Shown piece by piece: positions 63,225 through 64,000 of a stretch of DNA of 64,000 bases (positions within the stretch are counted from its first letter, which is position 1; each line of letters starts with the position of its first letter). Under the pieces are notes generated by a model that saw only the letters and a program-made list of their open reading frames with translations, made no database searches and had not been told where the DNA came from. The stretch is from Octopus sinensis (taxonomy: Eukaryota). The stretch covers positions 113,832,001 to 113,896,000 of the forward strand of contig NC_043002.1 in the NCBI RefSeq assembly GCF_006345805.1, read 5' to 3'. Both the position numbers and the translations under genes were made by a program.

Positions 63225-63940
63225 CTATAGGCACAAGGCCTGAAATTTGGGTGAGGGGGATAGTCAATTATATCGACCCCAGTGCGTAACTGGTACTTAA
63301 TTTATCGACCCCGAAAGGATGAAAGGCAAAGTTGACCATGGCGGAATTTGAACTCAGAACATAGCAGCAGACGAAATACCTACTTCTTTACTACCCACAA
63401 GGGGCTAATCACAGAGGGGACAAATAAGGACAAACGGATTAAGTCAATTACATCGACCCCAGTGCGTAACTGGTACTTAAGTTATCGACCCCGAAAGGAT
63501 GAAAGGCAAAGTTGACCTTGGCGGAATTTGAACTCAGAACATAGCAGCAGACGAAATACCTACTTCTTTACTACCCACAAGGGGCTAAACAGAGAGGGGA
63601 CAAATAAGGACAGACAAGCGGATTAAGTCAATTACATCGAGCCAGTGCGTAACTGGTACTTAATTTATTGACCCCGAAAGGATGAAAGGCAAAGTTGACC
63701 TTGGCGGAATTTGAACTCAGAACATAGCAGCAGACAAAATACCTACTTCTTTACTACCCACAAGGGGCTAAACAGAGAGGGGACAAATAAGGACAGACAA
63801 ACGGATTAAGTCAATTACATCGACCCCAGTGTGAAACTGGTACTTATTATTTAATCAGCCCCAAAAGGATGAAAGGCGAAGTTGAACTCGGGCGAAATAC
63901 CGCTAAGCATTTCGCCCGACGTGCTAACGACTCTGCCAGA
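63225..63940 (-). repeat. Family-D SINE expanded into a tandem array of ~4 units (~180-183 bp)
   Basis: Junction gacgaaatac|ctacttctttactacccac at 63376, 63556 and 63739; one head at 63900-63940. Confidence 0.92.
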
Positions 63941-64000
63941 TTAACTTGTAAGGCTTATTATAGCACTTCAGTTGTTTCTGCAGAAACACGAGTTACTGTC

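Overview
AT-rich eukaryotic DNA dense in microsatellites and repeats. The repeat repertoire looks like an octopus (coleoid cephalopod) genome; this is inferred from the repeats, not proven. The only host gene I can support is a spliced PLEKHF2/Phafin2-like PH+FYVE gene on the minus strand, missed by the ORF track. Three GT-AG internal coding exons (17781-17845, 11362-11499, 10258-10321) join in frame to xNSDSNHKRIAYVEQCFGASGE|KLTRPGRVLVGEGVLTKMCRKKPKPRQFFLFNDILVYGNIIISKKR|YNKQHIIPLDDVKLEDIEDDK. The start exon is only tentatively placed, and the end of the PH domain and the FYVE domain were not found, so they probably lie left of base 1. The rest is a mosaic of several SINE-like families (my working labels A, B, D, E, F, G), 3' fragments of RTE, CR1, L1/Tx1 and R4/Dong-type LINEs, hAT-, pogo- and piggyBac-type MITEs, foldback elements and non-autonomous Helitrons, often nested. 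I found no convincing novel protein-coding system. The most unusual signals are structural: a 14-unit 67-bp array with a 4-unit higher-order repeat inside a SINE, two independent SINE-derived tandem arrays sharing one GGTAT junction, a hairpin cluster next to a duplicated ERE-like+CCAAT module, tail-to-tail and chimeric SINEs, and a (TAA)n landing pad. Repeat coordinates were read by eye and are approximate to about 10 bp unless termini or TSDs are given.
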